Assembly (NCBI GenBank): GCA_036494295.1 | Contig: DASXOL010000046.1 | Span: 1-37,687, forward strand | Direction: 5' to 3' | Origin: Pseudonocardiaceae bacterium | GTDB taxonomy: Bacteria; Actinomycetota; Actinomycetes; Mycobacteriales; Pseudonocardiaceae | DNA length: 37,687 bases | In this document: positions 25,006-33,899 of the stretch, piece after piece | How positions within the stretch are numbered: position 1 is the first letter of the stretch | Layout of the letters: each line of letters opens with the position of its first letter | The notes under the pieces: model-generated | What the model was told of the DNA's origin: nothing | Seen by the model: only the letters and a program-made list of their open reading frames with translations | Database searches by the model: none | Made by a program: the position numbers and the translations under genes

Positions 25006-25413
25006 ATGCCACCCAGAGCAAGGACCGGCGCAGGCACCAAGAAGGTGCGGCGCAAGGAAAAGAAGAACGTCGCGCACGGCCACGCGCACATCAAGTCGAC
25101 GTTCAACAACACGATCGTCTCGATCACCGACCCCACCGGCGCGGTGATCAGCTGGGCCTCCGCGGGCCACGTCGGGTTCAAGGGCTCCCGTAAGTCCACC
25201 CCGTTCGCCGCGCAGATGGCCGCCGAGAACGCGGCCCGCAAGGCCGCCGAGCACGGCATGAAGAAGGTCGACGTGTTCGTGAAGGGCCCAGGCTCGGGCC
25301 GCGAGACGGCGATCCGTTCGCTGCAGGCCGCAGGCCTGGAGGTCGGCACGATCCAGGACGTGACCCCGCAGCCGCACAACGGCTGCCGCCCGCCGAAGCG
25401 GCGCAGGGTCTGA
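25006..25413 (+). CDS. rpsK: 30S ribosomal protein S11
   Basis: '[22 protein letters not shown]...[22 protein letters not shown]'. The start is reset to ATG 25006, which has an AGGAG RBS. Confidence 0.95.
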   Translation: MPPRARTGAGTKKVRRKEKKNVAHGHAHIKSTFNNTIVSITDPTGAVISWASAGHVGFKGSRKSTPFAAQMAAENAARKAAEHGMKKVDVFVKGPGSGRETAIRSLQAAGLEVGTIQDVTPQPHNGCRPPKRRRV

Positions 25414-25435
25414 GGGCGCGGGAGGAGTAGGAGAA

Positions 25436-26041
25436 ATGGCTCGGTACACCGGACCCGCGACCCGCAAGTCCCGTCGGCTCAAGACCGACCTGATCGGCGG
25501 CGACCAGGCGTTCGAGCGTCGCCCCTACCCGCCCGGTCAGCACGGCCGCGCGCGGATCAAGGAGAGCGAGTACCTCCTGCAGATGCAGGAGAAGCAGAAG
25601 GCCCGCTTCACCTACGGCGTCATGGAGAAGCAGTTCCACCGGTACTACGAGGAGGCCAACCGCCGCCCCGGCAAGACCGGTGACAACCTGCTGCAGATCC
25701 TGGAGTCCCGGCTGGACAACGTGGTCTACCGGGCAGGCCTGGCCCGGACCCGCCGGCAGTCCCGTCAGCTGGTGACCCACGGGCACTTCCTGGTCAACGG
25801 CGAGCGGGTGAACATCCCCAGCTTCCGGGTTTCCAAGTTCGACATCATCGACGTGCGGCCCAAGTCCATCCCGACGCTGCCGTTCGTGGTCGCCAAGGAG
25901 AGCCTGGGCGACCGCCCGGTGCCGGCGTGGCTGCAGGTCGTCTCGGCGACACTGCGCGTGCTCGTGCACAAGCTGCCGGAACGCGCGCAGATCGACGTGC
26001 CGCTGCAGGAGCAGCTCATCGTCGAGCTCTACTCGAAGTAA
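25436..26041 (+). CDS. rpsD: 30S ribosomal protein S4
   Basis: '[15 protein letters not shown]...YGVMEKQF...[11 protein letters not shown]'. Confidence 0.97.
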   Translation: MARYTGPATRKSRRLKTDLIGGDQAFERRPYPPGQHGRARIKESEYLLQMQEKQKARFTYGVMEKQFHRYYEEANRRPGKTGDNLLQILESRLDNVVYRAGLARTRRQSRQLVTHGHFLVNGERVNIPSFRVSKFDIIDVRPKSIPTLPFVVAKESLGDRPVPAWLQVVSATLRVLVHKLPERAQIDVPLQEQLIVELYSK

Positions 26042-26048
26042 GCACCAG

Positions 26049-26071
26049 CCCCGCCCCCGCCGGGGGCGGGG
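26049..26071 (+). terminator. Perfect 10-bp GC hairpin between rpsD and rpoA
   Basis: CCCCGCCCCC-gcc-GGGGGCGGGG. Confidence 0.5.
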
Positions 26072-26132
26072 TACAACCGAATACAGGTCCACGACGGCGT
26101 CAAATAGCGGGCGCCAGAGGAGGAACGACACC

Positions 26133-27203
26133 GTGCTCATCACCCAGCGACCCACCCTCAGCGAGGAACCACAGGTCGACACCCGTTCCCGGTTCGTCAT
26201 CGAGCCGCTGGAGCCGGGCTTCGGCTACACCCTGGGCAACTCGCTGCGCCGCACCCTGCTCTCGTCCATCCCGGGAGCCGCGGTCACCAGCATCCGCATC
26301 GACGGCGTGCTGCACGAGTTCACCACCGTGCCGGGCGTCAAGGAGGACGTCACCGACATCATCCTCAACCTCAAGGAGCTGGTGGTCAGCTCCGAGGAGG
26401 ACGAGCCGGTGACGATGTACCTGCGCAAGCAGGGTCCCGGCGACGTGACCGCGGGCGACATCGTGCCGCCCGCCGGGGTCACGGTGCACAACCCCGACCT
26501 GCACATCGCCACGCTCAACGGCAAGGGCAAGCTGGAGATCGAGCTGGTGGTCGAGCGCGGCCGCGGCTACGTGCCCGCTGCCCAGAACAAGGCGTCGGGC
26601 GCGGAGATCGGCCGGATCCCGGTGGACTCGATCTACTCGCCGGTCATGAAGGTGACCTACAAGGTCGAGGCCACCCGTGTCGAGCAGCGGACCGACTTCG
26701 ACAAGCTGATCCTCGACGTCGAGACCAAGCCGTCGCTCACCCCGCGGGACGCGCTCGCCTCGGCGGGCCGCACGCTGGTGGAGCTGTTCGGGTTGGCCCG
26801 TGAGCTCAACGTCGACGCGGAAGGCATCGAGATCGGCCCCTCGCCCGCCGAGGCGGACACGATCGCCGCGTTCGCGATGCCCATCGAGGACCTGGACCTG
26901 ACCGTGCGGTCCTACAACTGCCTCAAGCGCGAGGGCATCCACACCGTCGGCGAGCTGGTCAGCCGCAGCGAGGCGGACCTGCTGGACATCCGCAACTTCG
27001 GGGCCAAGTCGATCGACGAGGTCAAGCTGAAGCTGGCCGGCCTCGGTCTTCAGCTCAAGGACAGCCCGCCCGGATTCGACCCGTCGGTCGCGGCGACCGA
27101 CTACTCGATCGAGGGCTGGGGCGAGGTCAACAACGGCTCGGAGAACGGCGCCGACTACGGCACCGACGACGGGCAGGACTACGCAGAAACGGAGCAGCTG
27201 TAG
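26133..27203 (+). CDS. rpoA: DNA-directed RNA polymerase alpha subunit
   Basis: '[30 protein letters not shown]' and the C-terminal domain '[24 protein letters not shown]'. Confidence 0.97.
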   Translation: MLITQRPTLSEEPQVDTRSRFVIEPLEPGFGYTLGNSLRRTLLSSIPGAAVTSIRIDGVLHEFTTVPGVKEDVTDIILNLKELVVSSEEDEPVTMYLRKQGPGDVTAGDIVPPAGVTVHNPDLHIATLNGKGKLEIELVVERGRGYVPAAQNKASGAEIGRIPVDSIYSPVMKVTYKVEATRVEQRTDFDKLILDVETKPSLTPRDALASAGRTLVELFGLARELNVDAEGIEIGPSPAEADTIAAFAMPIEDLDLTVRSYNCLKREGIHTVGELVSRSEADLLDIRNFGAKSIDEVKLKLAGLGLQLKDSPPGFDPSVAATDYSIEGWGEVNNGSENGADYGTDDGQDYAETEQL

Positions 27204-27854
27204 ATGCCTACGCCGACCAAGGGCGCCCGGCTCGGTGGATCCCCGGCCCATGAGCGGCTGATGCTGGCCAACCTGGCCACGTCGCTGTTCGAGCACGGCC
27301 GGATCACCACCACCGAGGCCAAGGCCAAGCGGCTGCGCCCGTTCGCGGAGCGACTGATCACCAAGGCGCGCAAGCCCGACCTGCACAACCGTCGCGAGAT
27401 CATGCGGGTGATCCGGGACAAGGACGTCGTGCACAAGCTGGTCGCCGAGATCGGTCCGCACTTCGCCGACCGGCCGGGTGGCTACACCCGGATCACCAAG
27501 GCGATGCCGCGCAAGGGCGACAACGCGCCGATGGCGGTCATCGAGCTGGTGGCCGAGCAGACCGCCACCGCGGAGGCCGAGCGGGCGCGTCGCACCCGGT
27601 TCGCCAAGGACCAGCCGAAGGCCGCACCCGCCGCGGAGGCGGCACCGGCCGCGGAGGCGGCACCGGCCGCGCCTGCCGAGCAGGTCGAGTCGGCCGACAG
27701 CGCGGAGACCACCGACGCCACGCCGGCCCCCGACGTGCCGGCTGACACCGTGCAGGCCGACGACGTGCAGGCTGACGACGTGCAGGCTGACGACGTGCAG
27801 GCTACGGACGCCGGAGCGGAGCAGGAGGGCACCGCGGACGAGGGCAAGTCCTGA
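27204..27854 (+). CDS. rplQ: 50S ribosomal protein L17 with repetitive acidic C-terminal extension
   Basis: '[37 protein letters not shown]'. The tail carries (AAPAAE)n and (DDVQA)n repeats. Confidence 0.93.
   Translation: MPTPTKGARLGGSPAHERLMLANLATSLFEHGRITTTEAKAKRLRPFAERLITKARKPDLHNRREIMRVIRDKDVVHKLVAEIGPHFADRPGGYTRITKAMPRKGDNAPMAVIELVAEQTATAEAERARRTRFAKDQPKAAPAAEAAPAAEAAPAAPAEQVESADSAETTDATPAPDVPADTVQADDVQADDVQADDVQATDAGAEQEGTADEGKS
27741..27810 (+). repeat. 15-nt in-frame tandem repeat (GCTGACGACGTGCAG, about 4 copies); an 18-nt repeat x2 lies at 27631-27666
   Basis: Read directly from the rplQ 3' region. Confidence 0.9.
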
Positions 27855-27870
27855 CGAGCGGTCCATCGCG

Positions 27871-27905
27871 GAAGCCCGCCGACCCCTTGGGGGACGGCGG
27901 GCTTC
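27871..27905 (+). terminator. Long hairpin after rplQ that overlaps the predicted truA start
   Basis: GAAGCCCGCCG-accccttggggga-CGGCGGGCTTC. The loop itself can pair (CCCC/GGGG). Confidence 0.5.
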
Positions 27906-28696
27906 TGCGCTATCGGCTCGACATCCGGTACGACGGTGCCGGTTTCTCCGGGTGGGCCGCTCAGCCGGGCCGGCGCACCGTGCAGGGCGTCCTGGAGGAG
28001 GCGCTGTCCACGCTGCTGCGCGGGCCCGCGAGCCTCACCGTCGCCGGGCGCACCGACGCGGGCGTGCATGCCACCGGGCAGGTCGCCCACCTCGATGTGC
28101 CGTCCGGCGCGCCGGAACCCGGCGAGCTGGCCCGCAGGCTCGCCCGCTTCCTGCCCGCCGACGTCCGGGTGCCCGCGATCCGGATCGCGCCGCCCAGCTT
28201 CGACGCCCGGTTCTCCGCGCTGCGCAGGCACTACGAGTACCGGGTCAGCGACCAGTCCTGGGGTGTCGACCCCTTGCGCCGCCACGACACCCTCGCCCAC
28301 CACCGCCCGCTCGACGAGGCGGCGATGAACGAGGCGGGCGCCGGGCTGCTCGGCGAGCACGACTTCGCCGCGTTCTGCCGCCGCCGCGAAGGCGCGACCA
28401 CGGTGCGCGCGCTCCAGCAGCTCGACTGGACCCGCACCGAGCCCCACCTGCTGATCGCGCACGTCGCCGCCGACGCGTTCTGCCATTCCATGGTGCGAAG
28501 CCTGGTCGGCGCCCTGCTGGCGGTGGGCGAGGGGCGGCGCCCGCCGGACTGGCCCGCGAGCCTGCTGCGCCGCGACAACCGTGCGAGCGAGATCACCGTC
28601 GCTCCCGCACACGCGCTGGCCCTGGTCGCCGTCGACTACCCGGACGACGCCCACCTCGCCGCCCGCGCCGCCCAAACCCGCGCCCTGCGCGCCTGA
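27887..28696 (+). CDS. truA: tRNA pseudouridine(38-40) synthase TruA
   Basis: '[19 protein letters not shown]', the catalytic '[16 protein letters not shown]', and '[11 protein letters not shown]'. The TTG start is the only start codon available upstream of the conserved N-terminus. Confidence 0.9.
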   Translation: MGDGGLLRYRLDIRYDGAGFSGWAAQPGRRTVQGVLEEALSTLLRGPASLTVAGRTDAGVHATGQVAHLDVPSGAPEPGELARRLARFLPADVRVPAIRIAPPSFDARFSALRRHYEYRVSDQSWGVDPLRRHDTLAHHRPLDEAAMNEAGAGLLGEHDFAAFCRRREGATTVRALQQLDWTRTEPHLLIAHVAADAFCHSMVRSLVGALLAVGEGRRPPDWPASLLRRDNRASEITVAPAHALALVAVDYPDDAHLAARAAQTRALRA

Positions 28697-28739
28697 CCCG
28701 TACCACACCTGACCCGTATCGCACCTGACCCGTATCGCG
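28692..28739. repeat. 16-nt tandem repeat x3 (CCTGACCCGTAYCRCR) beginning at the truA stop codon
   Basis: Copies lie at 28692-28707, 28708-28723 and 28724-28739. Confidence 0.9.
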
Positions 28740-28799
28740 TTCTGGATGCAGACTGCTGTTTCCGGACCCGCAGTAACCGCGTTCTGCATCCAGAACGCG
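28736..28799. repeat. Perfect 17-bp inverted repeat CGCGTTCTGGATGCAGA / TCTGCATCCAGAACGCG with 30-nt spacer
   Basis: Arms lie at 28736-28752 and 28783-28799. The core CGCGTTCTG/CAGAACGCG recurs at 28779 and 28815. It sits between the convergent truA and ESX genes. Confidence 0.85.
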
Positions 28800-28843
28800 A
28801 ATTATGGGGACAGACAGAACGCGGTTTGGGGCAGGCCGGGGGT

Positions 28844-29569
28844 TCAGTCGCCGCGGCGGACAGGGCCGAGGATCTCCCGCTCCTTCGGTGTGGTCACCAG
28901 GCGCAGCGGCAGCCAGAGGTTGGGGCCGAGGGCCACCACCTCCTCGTCGGCCAGCGAGACCAGCTGGTCGACCATCGGCGGCGGTAGCCGCCAGACCCGC
29001 GCGGCCAGCTGGGCCTGGCCGACCGGCAGGCGCTGGAGCAGCACGAGATCGGCGCTGTTCGCGGTGTCCGAGGCCTGCGGGTGCAGGTACGGCAGCACGT
29101 ACAGGGTGGTCTGCCAGGGCGAACGCGGCGGGAACAGTTCCTGTGGCACCGCGCCGCCGTCGTGCACGACGAGCAGCGGTGCGTCCTCCGAGCCGCGGGG
29201 CAGCTCGACCGGGGCGAGCTTGCGCACCTGCGCCAGCGGCGCGGGCCTGCCGTCCGGACCCTCCCCGGCCGCACGGGTGAGCACCTGCCAGGCGGCCGGC
29301 CGCCCGGTCGCCACCACCACCCAGGCGCCGGTGGCCATCGCGCGCAACGCGACCTGGCGGGCCAGGTAGAGCCCGCCGACCAGCACCAGCCGGGTCGGCT
29401 CGTTGCGCAGCACCGAGACGCTCAGCGGCTCGTTCTGCGGACCCGAGCCCAGCACCATCCCGCCGCGGTCGCCCGCCGGGCTCACCGAGTCGAGCAGATC
29501 GGGGGTGACCAGGAACTCCGGTGCGATGGCCCGTCCGCCGCCGGTGCCACCGGCCGGTCGGCGTCTCAC
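28844..29569 (-). CDS. Hypothetical protein, translationally coupled to eccE (ESX-associated, function unknown)
   Basis: GTG 29569 overlaps the eccE TGA (GTGA). G/C third-position bias continues to the stop codon. I recognise no named motif. Confidence 0.5.
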   Translation of the reverse strand: MRRRPAGGTGGGRAIAPEFLVTPDLLDSVSPAGDRGGMVLGSGPQNEPLSVSVLRNEPTRLVLVGGLYLARQVALRAMATGAWVVVATGRPAAWQVLTRAAGEGPDGRPAPLAQVRKLAPVELPRGSEDAPLLVVHDGGAVPQELFPPRSPWQTTLYVLPYLHPQASDTANSADLVLLQRLPVGQAQLAARVWRLPPPMVDQLVSLADEEVVALGPNLWLPLRLVTTPKEREILGPVRRGD

Positions 29570-30942
29570 GCCGACGCCCCGAGCGGCATGGTGGCGGCCA
29601 GCCCGGCGGACTGCTGGCCGCGCAGCGGCGTGAGCGTCAGACCGATCCGCCCGGAGACCGCCTGCAGCATGCCGTCGGCGGCGTCCAGCTCGGCGGGGTT
29701 GCGGGCGCTCACCCGGACCAGGCCACGCAGGCCGACCTCGGCGCCGTCGCCCGCGGGCGAGACCGACAGCGACACCGTGGTGGACAGCGCCCGCACCCCG
29801 GTCAGTGCGTTGAGGTTCTGGGTGCCGATGTTCTCCGGCCAGCCGGTGATCGCGTAGCTCGAATGACCTATCCCGGCCGCGGTCACCCCGGTCCACCGCT
29901 CGCGCAGCGCCACCTGGCGCCCGGTGCCCGCCACCGAGGTGAGCTCGGCGGCCGAGATGCCGGCGCGCAACAGCTGATCGGGGTCCAGCGGCTGGGTGGA
30001 GACGCCCCGGCCGTCCAGCGCGCTGCGGACCCGGGACAGCGCGCCGATCAGCGCCCGGTGTGAGCCGATCACCCCGCCGCCGCGCTCCTGCACCGCACCG
30101 AGGCAGCGCTGCGGGTCGAAGCGGACCGCGATCCAGGTGGTGCGCCGGGCAGCGGCCGGCAGCGGCCCGAGGACCTCGAGGTAGGAGTTCAGCGCGGGCG
30201 ACGCCGAGGGCAGCGCGGCGCTGCCCGGGTAGCAGTGCCAGATGACCTGGATCGCGTCGAGCACGACCCCGCGATCCTCCAGGCAGGGCGCCAGCGCACC
30301 GAGCGGGAGGCTCGGCGTGCCACCGACCGGGGAGACCAGCGACGCGTCGGCGTCCACCTGCAGCACCGCGGTCCAGCTGCCCTGATGCCAGGCCAACCCG
30401 ACCGGCCGGCGCTCGTGGTCGGTGCCGTGCGCCACCACCAGGTCAGGAAGGACGAGGCGCAGCAGCGAGACCCGCGCGTCCTCCGGCCCGACGACCGGCG
30501 CCTGCGCACCGAGCGCGGCGTCGGCCTCGGCGGGCAGCGGGCTGGTGACCTTCCGGTCGTGCGAGCGCACCAGGTAGCGCGCCGTGAGGAGCACCCAGCG
30601 CAGCACCCACCGGCCGCGCCAGCGCAGCAGGGCCAGCGCCGCCGCTCCGAGGAACACGGCGAGCGCTGCCCACCACAGCGCGGCGTTCACCGCCAGCAGC
30701 ACCAGCGCCAGGCCCAGCCCGATCTCCACCACCACGACGTTGCCGAGCGGGATCGGCCCGAGCCGGGAGCCGCCGGGGCGCCGTCGCACCCTGGCGGCGC
30801 CACCCGCCACGCGTGGGCCTGCTGCGGGAGGGCGCGGGGGTTGACCACCCGGATCGGGCGGAACCTGCGACGGATGCGACGGCGGCGATGTCACAACCCA
30901 GCCTCCGCGATCACTGTCCCCGTATCCGTGCCGTGCTGACAC
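29566..30942 (-). CDS. eccE: Type VII secretion protein EccE
   Basis: Arg-rich N-terminus followed by two adjacent TM helices ('VVVVEIGLGLALVLLAVNAALWWAALAVFLGAAALALL') and 'RWRGRWVLRWV', then a large soluble domain. It is divergent from eccB. The start could be an internal GTG because only 55 nt separate it from eccB. Confidence 0.75.
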   Translation of the reverse strand: MSARHGYGDSDRGGWVVTSPPSHPSQVPPDPGGQPPRPPAAGPRVAGGAARVRRRPGGSRLGPIPLGNVVVVEIGLGLALVLLAVNAALWWAALAVFLGAAALALLRWRGRWVLRWVLLTARYLVRSHDRKVTSPLPAEADAALGAQAPVVGPEDARVSLLRLVLPDLVVAHGTDHERRPVGLAWHQGSWTAVLQVDADASLVSPVGGTPSLPLGALAPCLEDRGVVLDAIQVIWHCYPGSAALPSASPALNSYLEVLGPLPAAARRTTWIAVRFDPQRCLGAVQERGGGVIGSHRALIGALSRVRSALDGRGVSTQPLDPDQLLRAGISAAELTSVAGTGRQVALRERWTGVTAAGIGHSSYAITGWPENIGTQNLNALTGVRALSTTVSLSVSPAGDGAEVGLRGLVRVSARNPAELDAADGMLQAVSGRIGLTLTPLRGQQSAGLAATMPLGASA

Positions 30943-30997
30943 TTCGTACCGTTACTGTGGCGCACAGTACCGCCTAGGGGAGAGCGCGCGGGTCCGA

Positions 30998-32458
30998 ATG
31001 CCGACCGATCCGACGACCAGATCGCAGGTCGAGGCCTACCGTTTCATGCTGCGGCGGATGGAGTCCGCGCTGGTCCGCAAGGACCCGGTGATGCAGCACG
31101 AGCCGATGCGCAACCACCTGACCGCGACCATGGTCGGGGTCGTCGCGGCGGTCCTCGGCCTGGCGGCGTTCTTCGTGGTCGGCATGTTCAGCCCCACCAC
31201 GCAGGTGCGCCCCGGTGACATCCTCGTGGTCAAGTCCTCCGGCGCGGTCTTCGTCGTGCAGGACGACCGGCAACTGGTGCCGGTGCTCAACGTGACGTCG
31301 GCCCGGCTGCTGGTGGCCGCGCTCAACCACAGCAGCTCCGGACCGCCGGATACCAAGAACGTGGACGAGTCCGCGCTGGCCGGTTTCTCCCGGAAGCGGA
31401 CCACCGGGCTGATCGGGGCGCCCACGCTGCCCTCGCCGGAGAACCTGGTCAGCGGCGCCTGGTCGGTGTGCGAGACCGCAGGCAGCGACGGCGATCCGGC
31501 CGGGCCCGCACCGGCGAGCACCACGGTGCTCATCGGCGGGGGCCAGACCGGGCGCAGCCTCGGCCAGGACGAGGCGTTGCTGGTGCGCGCACCGGGCGAC
31601 GCGACGACGTACCTGGTGCACGACGGGCACCGCAGCGCGATCGAGCCGTCCGGAGGGGTGGCGAGCGCGTACAACCTCGGCGGCGCGGTGCCCCGCCAGA
31701 TCGGCTTCGGGCTGCTCAACGCGATCCCGGCGACCCGCCCGCTCACCCCGCCCGACCCCCCGGACGTCGGCCTGCCCACACCGTTCCCGCAGCTGACCGG
31801 CGTCCAGGTGGGCAACGTGGTGCGGGTGGAAGTGAGCGACGAACAGTTCTTCCTGCTGCTCAAGGACGGCAAGCAGCAGGTGCCCCAGGCCGTGGCCAAC
31901 GTGATCAGATACCAGCGCGGCAAGGCCAAGTTCGACACGGTCGCACCGCAGGACATCGCCGCGGTGCCGGACGCGCCGCAGTCGAGCAGGCTGGACTTCG
32001 GCGACTTCCCGGCGACCGTGCCCCGCCTGCTGCCCGACTCCGAGGCCCGCAACGCCTGCCTGTTCTGGCCGGGACCGGGCCAGGAGCCGGTGGTGTCCAC
32101 CAGTGCCGACCCGCAACTGCCGCTGGGCCAGACCAGCAGCGCGGTCGACGTGCCGGGCGGGGGCAACGGCCAGGTTGCGGACCGGGTCGCCCTGCCGCCG
32201 GGCAAGGGCGCCCTGGTTCGCAGCGTGGTGCCGGGACAGGACCCCGACAAGGGACCCATCTGGCTGGTCAGCGAGCAGGGCCTGCGCTACCGGGTGCCGT
32301 CCGTCGACGTGGCTCGCGCCCTCGGGCTCGGTGACCGCACCTCGCCCGCGCCGCAGACCATCCTCGGGTTGCTGCCGATCGGGCCGGAGCTGGATCCCCG
32401 GCGCGCGCTGGAGCTGTTCGACCCCGCGCTGGCCCGCCAGCAGCAGGGTGAGCACTGA
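30998..32458 (+). CDS. eccB: Type VII secretion protein EccB
   Basis: 'TRSQVEAYRFMLRRMESALVRKD' followed by a single TM 'LTATMVGVVAAVLGLAAFFVVG' and a repeat-domain ectodomain. Confidence 0.88.
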   Translation: MPTDPTTRSQVEAYRFMLRRMESALVRKDPVMQHEPMRNHLTATMVGVVAAVLGLAAFFVVGMFSPTTQVRPGDILVVKSSGAVFVVQDDRQLVPVLNVTSARLLVAALNHSSSGPPDTKNVDESALAGFSRKRTTGLIGAPTLPSPENLVSGAWSVCETAGSDGDPAGPAPASTTVLIGGGQTGRSLGQDEALLVRAPGDATTYLVHDGHRSAIEPSGGVASAYNLGGAVPRQIGFGLLNAIPATRPLTPPDPPDVGLPTPFPQLTGVQVGNVVRVEVSDEQFFLLLKDGKQQVPQAVANVIRYQRGKAKFDTVAPQDIAAVPDAPQSSRLDFGDFPATVPRLLPDSEARNACLFWPGPGQEPVVSTSADPQLPLGQTSSAVDVPGGGNGQVADRVALPPGKGALVRSVVPGQDPDKGPIWLVSEQGLRYRVPSVDVARALGLGDRTSPAPQTILGLLPIGPELDPRRALELFDPALARQQQGEH

Positions 32459-32464
32459 GGGCGG

Positions 32465-33892
32465 CTACTGGGTGTTGTGCCGCCGGTACCAGTTGACCGT
32501 GTAGACCACCAGCAGCGTCAGGCCCAGCAGCCCGATCGCGGCGGCGGAGCCGGCCAGCGCGATGGTCTTCGGCAGCGGGTCGTCGGGCGGCGGCAGGTGG
32601 AAGTCCCGCAGCCGGTCCGGCCTGCCGGTGGCCACGCGAGCCGGCTGTTCGTCGGGGAGCACCGCGGTGAGCGCGGCGACCGGGTCGACCATGCCGTAGC
32701 CGAGGTCCTCGCTGCGCCCGCCGGGTCCGCCTGCGTTCTGCGCGGTCTGCTCGATCCTGCGCATCACCTGTGTCGCGTCGAGCTGCGGGAAGCGTTCCCT
32801 GACCAGCGCGGCGAGCCCGGCGACGTAGGGCGCGGCGAAGCTGGTCCCGTCGATGGTGCGCTGCTGCCCGTTCGCGTCGACCAGCACCGTGGTCAGCGCC
32901 GAGCCGGAGGCGGCGAGCGACACCGCTCCGGTGCCCGGTGCGGCGACGTCCACCCACGGCCCCCGGATGGAGAAGTCCGCGGCGTCGTCGTTCTCGTCGG
33001 TGGCCGCGACGGTGAGCACGTCGTCGTCGAACCAGCCGGGTGAGGAGATCGTGCGGACCACTCCGGGCGGGTTCTGCTCGCAGTCGCCCTTGTTGGCCGC
33101 GGCCACCACCACGACCACGTTCCTCGTCCGGGCGTCGTGCACCGCGGCCTGCAGGTCCGGGGCGTTGACCTGGTTCGGCGTGGCGGGGAAGCAGGCCGCC
33201 TCCGAGATGTTGATCACCGTGGCGCCCAGCCGGACGGCCCGGTTCACCGCACGGGCCATGCTCGTGGTGTCGCCCGCGGAGTTGGAGCTCGTCTCCTGGC
33301 CGGTGGCGAGCTGGCGCGTGGGCACCGAGTAGAAGGTGCTGCCCTGGCGGATGGACACGATCTCCGCGCCGGGCGCGACGCCCACGAACCCGGTGGCCGG
33401 ATCACGCGCGGCGGCGATGATGCCCGCCACCGCGGTGCCGTGGCCGTCGCAGTCGAACAGCCCGCTGCGGTTCTCGATGTAGTCGCCGCCGTCGCTGAGC
33501 CTGCCGAACAGCCGCGGGTGCGGGTACACGCCGCTGTCGATCACGGCGATCCGCTGGCCGCGGCCGGTGGCGAACTGCTGAGCTTCCCGGATCCGCAGCC
33601 GCCGCTGGGCGAGCGGCTCGGCCTCGACCTGCAGCGCGGTTCCCGGCGGCTGGTGCGCGCACGGTGCCACCTGCTGGACCGGGGCGGTCTGCTCGGTCAC
33701 CGGGTTGTGCACGGTGTAGGGGAAGGTGTCCGCCTCCGTGGCGGTGGGCAGCGCGGCCATGTCCACCGGCGGCGGCACGCCGGGCGGCCGGACGCCGCCC
33801 TGCGCGGTGGCGGGCCAGGCCGGAGCCGCCAGGCAGAGCAGCGCTGCCGCGAGGATCAGCCGGACGGGGCGTCGTCGGCCCAGTGCGCTCAC
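32465..33892 (-). CDS. mycP: Mycosin (S8 subtilisin-like T7SS protease MycP)
   Basis: Signal peptide present. Catalytic triad contexts 'IAVIDSGV', 'DCDGHGTAVAGIIAA' and 'DGTSFAAPYVAGLAAL'. C-terminal TM anchor 'AAIGLLGLTLLVVYTV'. Confidence 0.9.
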   Translation of the reverse strand: MSALGRRRPVRLILAAALLCLAAPAWPATAQGGVRPPGVPPPVDMAALPTATEADTFPYTVHNPVTEQTAPVQQVAPCAHQPPGTALQVEAEPLAQRRLRIREAQQFATGRGQRIAVIDSGVYPHPRLFGRLSDGGDYIENRSGLFDCDGHGTAVAGIIAAARDPATGFVGVAPGAEIVSIRQGSTFYSVPTRQLATGQETSSNSAGDTTSMARAVNRAVRLGATVINISEAACFPATPNQVNAPDLQAAVHDARTRNVVVVVAAANKGDCEQNPPGVVRTISSPGWFDDDVLTVAATDENDDAADFSIRGPWVDVAAPGTGAVSLAASGSALTTVLVDANGQQRTIDGTSFAAPYVAGLAALVRERFPQLDATQVMRRIEQTAQNAGGPGGRSEDLGYGMVDPVAALTAVLPDEQPARVATGRPDRLRDFHLPPPDDPLPKTIALAGSAAAIGLLGLTLLVVYTVNWYRRHNTQ

Positions 33893-33899
33893 GTCTCCC

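Noticed and set aside
32459-32464. The 6-nt gap between convergent eccB and mycP stop codons as a regulatory feature
   Set aside because: No hairpin or motif is visible, and the same convergent layout occurs in mycobacterial ESX-4. It is noted only within the ESX finding.
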